Assembly: GCA_051942245.1 (NCBI GenBank)
Contig: JAVECL010000228.1
Span: forward strand, 1-34,370
Origin: Trypethelium eluteriae
Lineage: Eukaryota
DNA length: 34,370 nucleotides
Direction: 5' to 3'
The position numbers and the translations under genes were made by a program. Position 1 is the first letter of the stretch. Each line of letters begins with the position of its first letter. Positions 32,679-34,370 of this stretch are shown piece after piece. The notes below the pieces were generated by a model. The model had not been told where the DNA came from and made no database searches. It worked only from the letters and a program-made list of their open reading frames with translations.

Positions 32679-34370
32679 ATGTCCAGCGGGGAGGTCTTGA
32701 AGGCTGAGAAGGACTTCACCAAGCAGGTCGATGAGCTGCTACCTGAAGCTCAAAAGCTTGCACAGGCATGTTTACAGGAGACCATGTTGTCTGACTACAG
32801 CTGACAAGTACAGAGCAACCTTTCGACCGCTATTGACAAGCTCCTGGGACTCGAAAAACAAACCCGACAAGTATGACGCCTTTCGTCTCCAGCATCTCTC
32901 ATCCGGAATCTAATTTCGTCTACGTAGGCATCGGACCTTCCGTCAACGTCGCGAATTATAGTAGCAATCATCACATTGTGCAAAGAGGCTGGCGACTGGA
33001 GTTTGCTGAACGAGCAAGTGCTATTACTGTCGAAAAAGCATGGCCAACTCAAGCAGGCTATTACACGCATGGTCCAGGTGGCTATGGGCTTTCTGGATGA
33101 CACGCCAAATTTAGAGACGAAATTGTCTGTCATAGAAACATTGAGGACAGTGACAGAGGGCAAGGTATGTTGAATCCCTTCGGCTTACTTCCGTACATGG
33201 CTGCATCTGACTTTTCATTGCAGATCTTTGTTGAAGTGGAGCGCGCAAGAGTCACCAGAATATTATCAAATATCAAGAAGGACCAAGGTGATATTAATGC
33301 AGCTACCGACATCCTCTGCGAGCTCCAAGTCGAGACCTTTGGCTCGATGTCGAGACGGGAGAAGACCGAATTCATCCTCGAGCAAGTGACCTTGTGTATC
33401 AACAACGACGACTGGGTTCAGGCAGGCATACTAAGCCGAAAGATCAGCACGCGTTATTTTGCGCGAAAGCCGAAGAAGACACCAGAGCAGCTAGAGAAGG
33501 AGCGGAAAGAGCGAGAAGAGAAGGAGAAGAACCGCAGTGTGGACGACCCTCCACCAGAACCAGAGGACGACGTAACGGACCTGAAGATTAAATATTACGA
33601 ACTGCAAATAGACCTAGCAAAGCATGATGAAAAGTATCTGGATGTCTGCAAACACTATCGGGCGGTACTCGACACCGAAGCCATCGAAAATGATCCCGAT
33701 AAGCTCAAAGCCGTATGTCACTCCCTCCCAAGTCCAGCCTCCACTTTTCTAACCACTAACACACCCCTCAGTGCCTTCAACGCATGATCTTCTTCATCAT
33801 TCTCTCCCCCCACGACAACGAGCAATCCGACCTCCTGCACCGCATCGCCAAAGACAGCCGCCTCTCAAACATCACGCCAAAGGAGAACTCACTACTGACA
33901 CTCTTCACCAAAGCCGAGCTCATGCGCTGGCCCTTCGTGGCGCAAGAATACGGGCCGCACCTGTGCAACACCGACGTCTTCGCCGCAGACTCCGCCTCCG
34001 CCGCCTCCTTCCACCAGCCCGCGTCGTACACGCGCTGGCTCGACCTGCGCAAGCGGGTGATCGAGCACAACGTGCGCGTCGTCGCGAAGTACTACACGCG
34101 CATCGAGATGCCGCGGCTGACCTCGCTGCTGGACTTGGAGGCGCAGGAGACGGAGAAGTATATCTCGGAGTTGGTGACGAATAAGACGATCTATGCGAAG
34201 ATTGATCGCCCTGCGCAGGTGGTGAGTTTTGCGAAGCCGAGGAGTGCGGATGATGTGCTCAATGAGTGGAGTGGTGATATGCGTGATTTGTTGGGGTTGT
34301 TGGAGAGGATCGATCATTTGATTACGAAGGAGGAGATGATGGCGAGGATACAGACGAATAAGGGTGGGGT
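32679..34370 (+). CDS. RPN5: 26S proteasome lid subunit Rpn5/PSMD12, 3' end runs off the window; exons 32679-32765, 32814-32870, 32928-33164, 33224-33712, 33772->34370
   Basis: LEKQTRQASDL, LSKKHGQLKQAI, TEGKIFVEVERAR, ELQVETFGSM, LRKRVIEHNVRVVAKYY, AKIDRPAQVVSF, HLITKEEMM. Confidence 0.96.

Overview
Gene-dense, intron-containing genomic DNA from a filamentous ascomycete (Pezizomycotina; short GT-AG introns with CTRAC-type branch sites). It carries 15 protein-coding loci, with exons reconstructed by hand. From the left: a carotenoid/retinal cluster (carB partial, carRA, divergent carX), a HAD-IIA hydrolase, a two-telobox Myb protein, a flavin amine oxidase interrupted by one in-frame TAG, PMT1, PRP21/SF3A1, ISD11, an uncharacterised conserved protein, a NACHT-ankyrin NLR-like gene, NIPSNAP, a choline/ethanolamine phosphotransferase, a nitrilase and RPN5 (partial). 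Main leads: (1) the single in-frame UAG in the amine oxidase (nonsense allele, sequencing error or A-to-I stop correction); (2) about seven sharp C-rich to G-rich skew switches with the same polarity whatever the gene orientation; (3) the uncharacterised protein probably starts with a 9-nt exon and a 685-nt intron and resembles the Rtt102/BCL7 2W-hairpin chromatin-remodeller subunits; (4) RIP-like transitions in the NLR ankyrin repeats; (5) a GC-AG intron in RPN5 and a stop-free 81-nt intron in PRP21. No rRNA, tRNA, CRISPR array or intact transposon was recognised. Family assignments rest on recalled motifs; no database searches were run.
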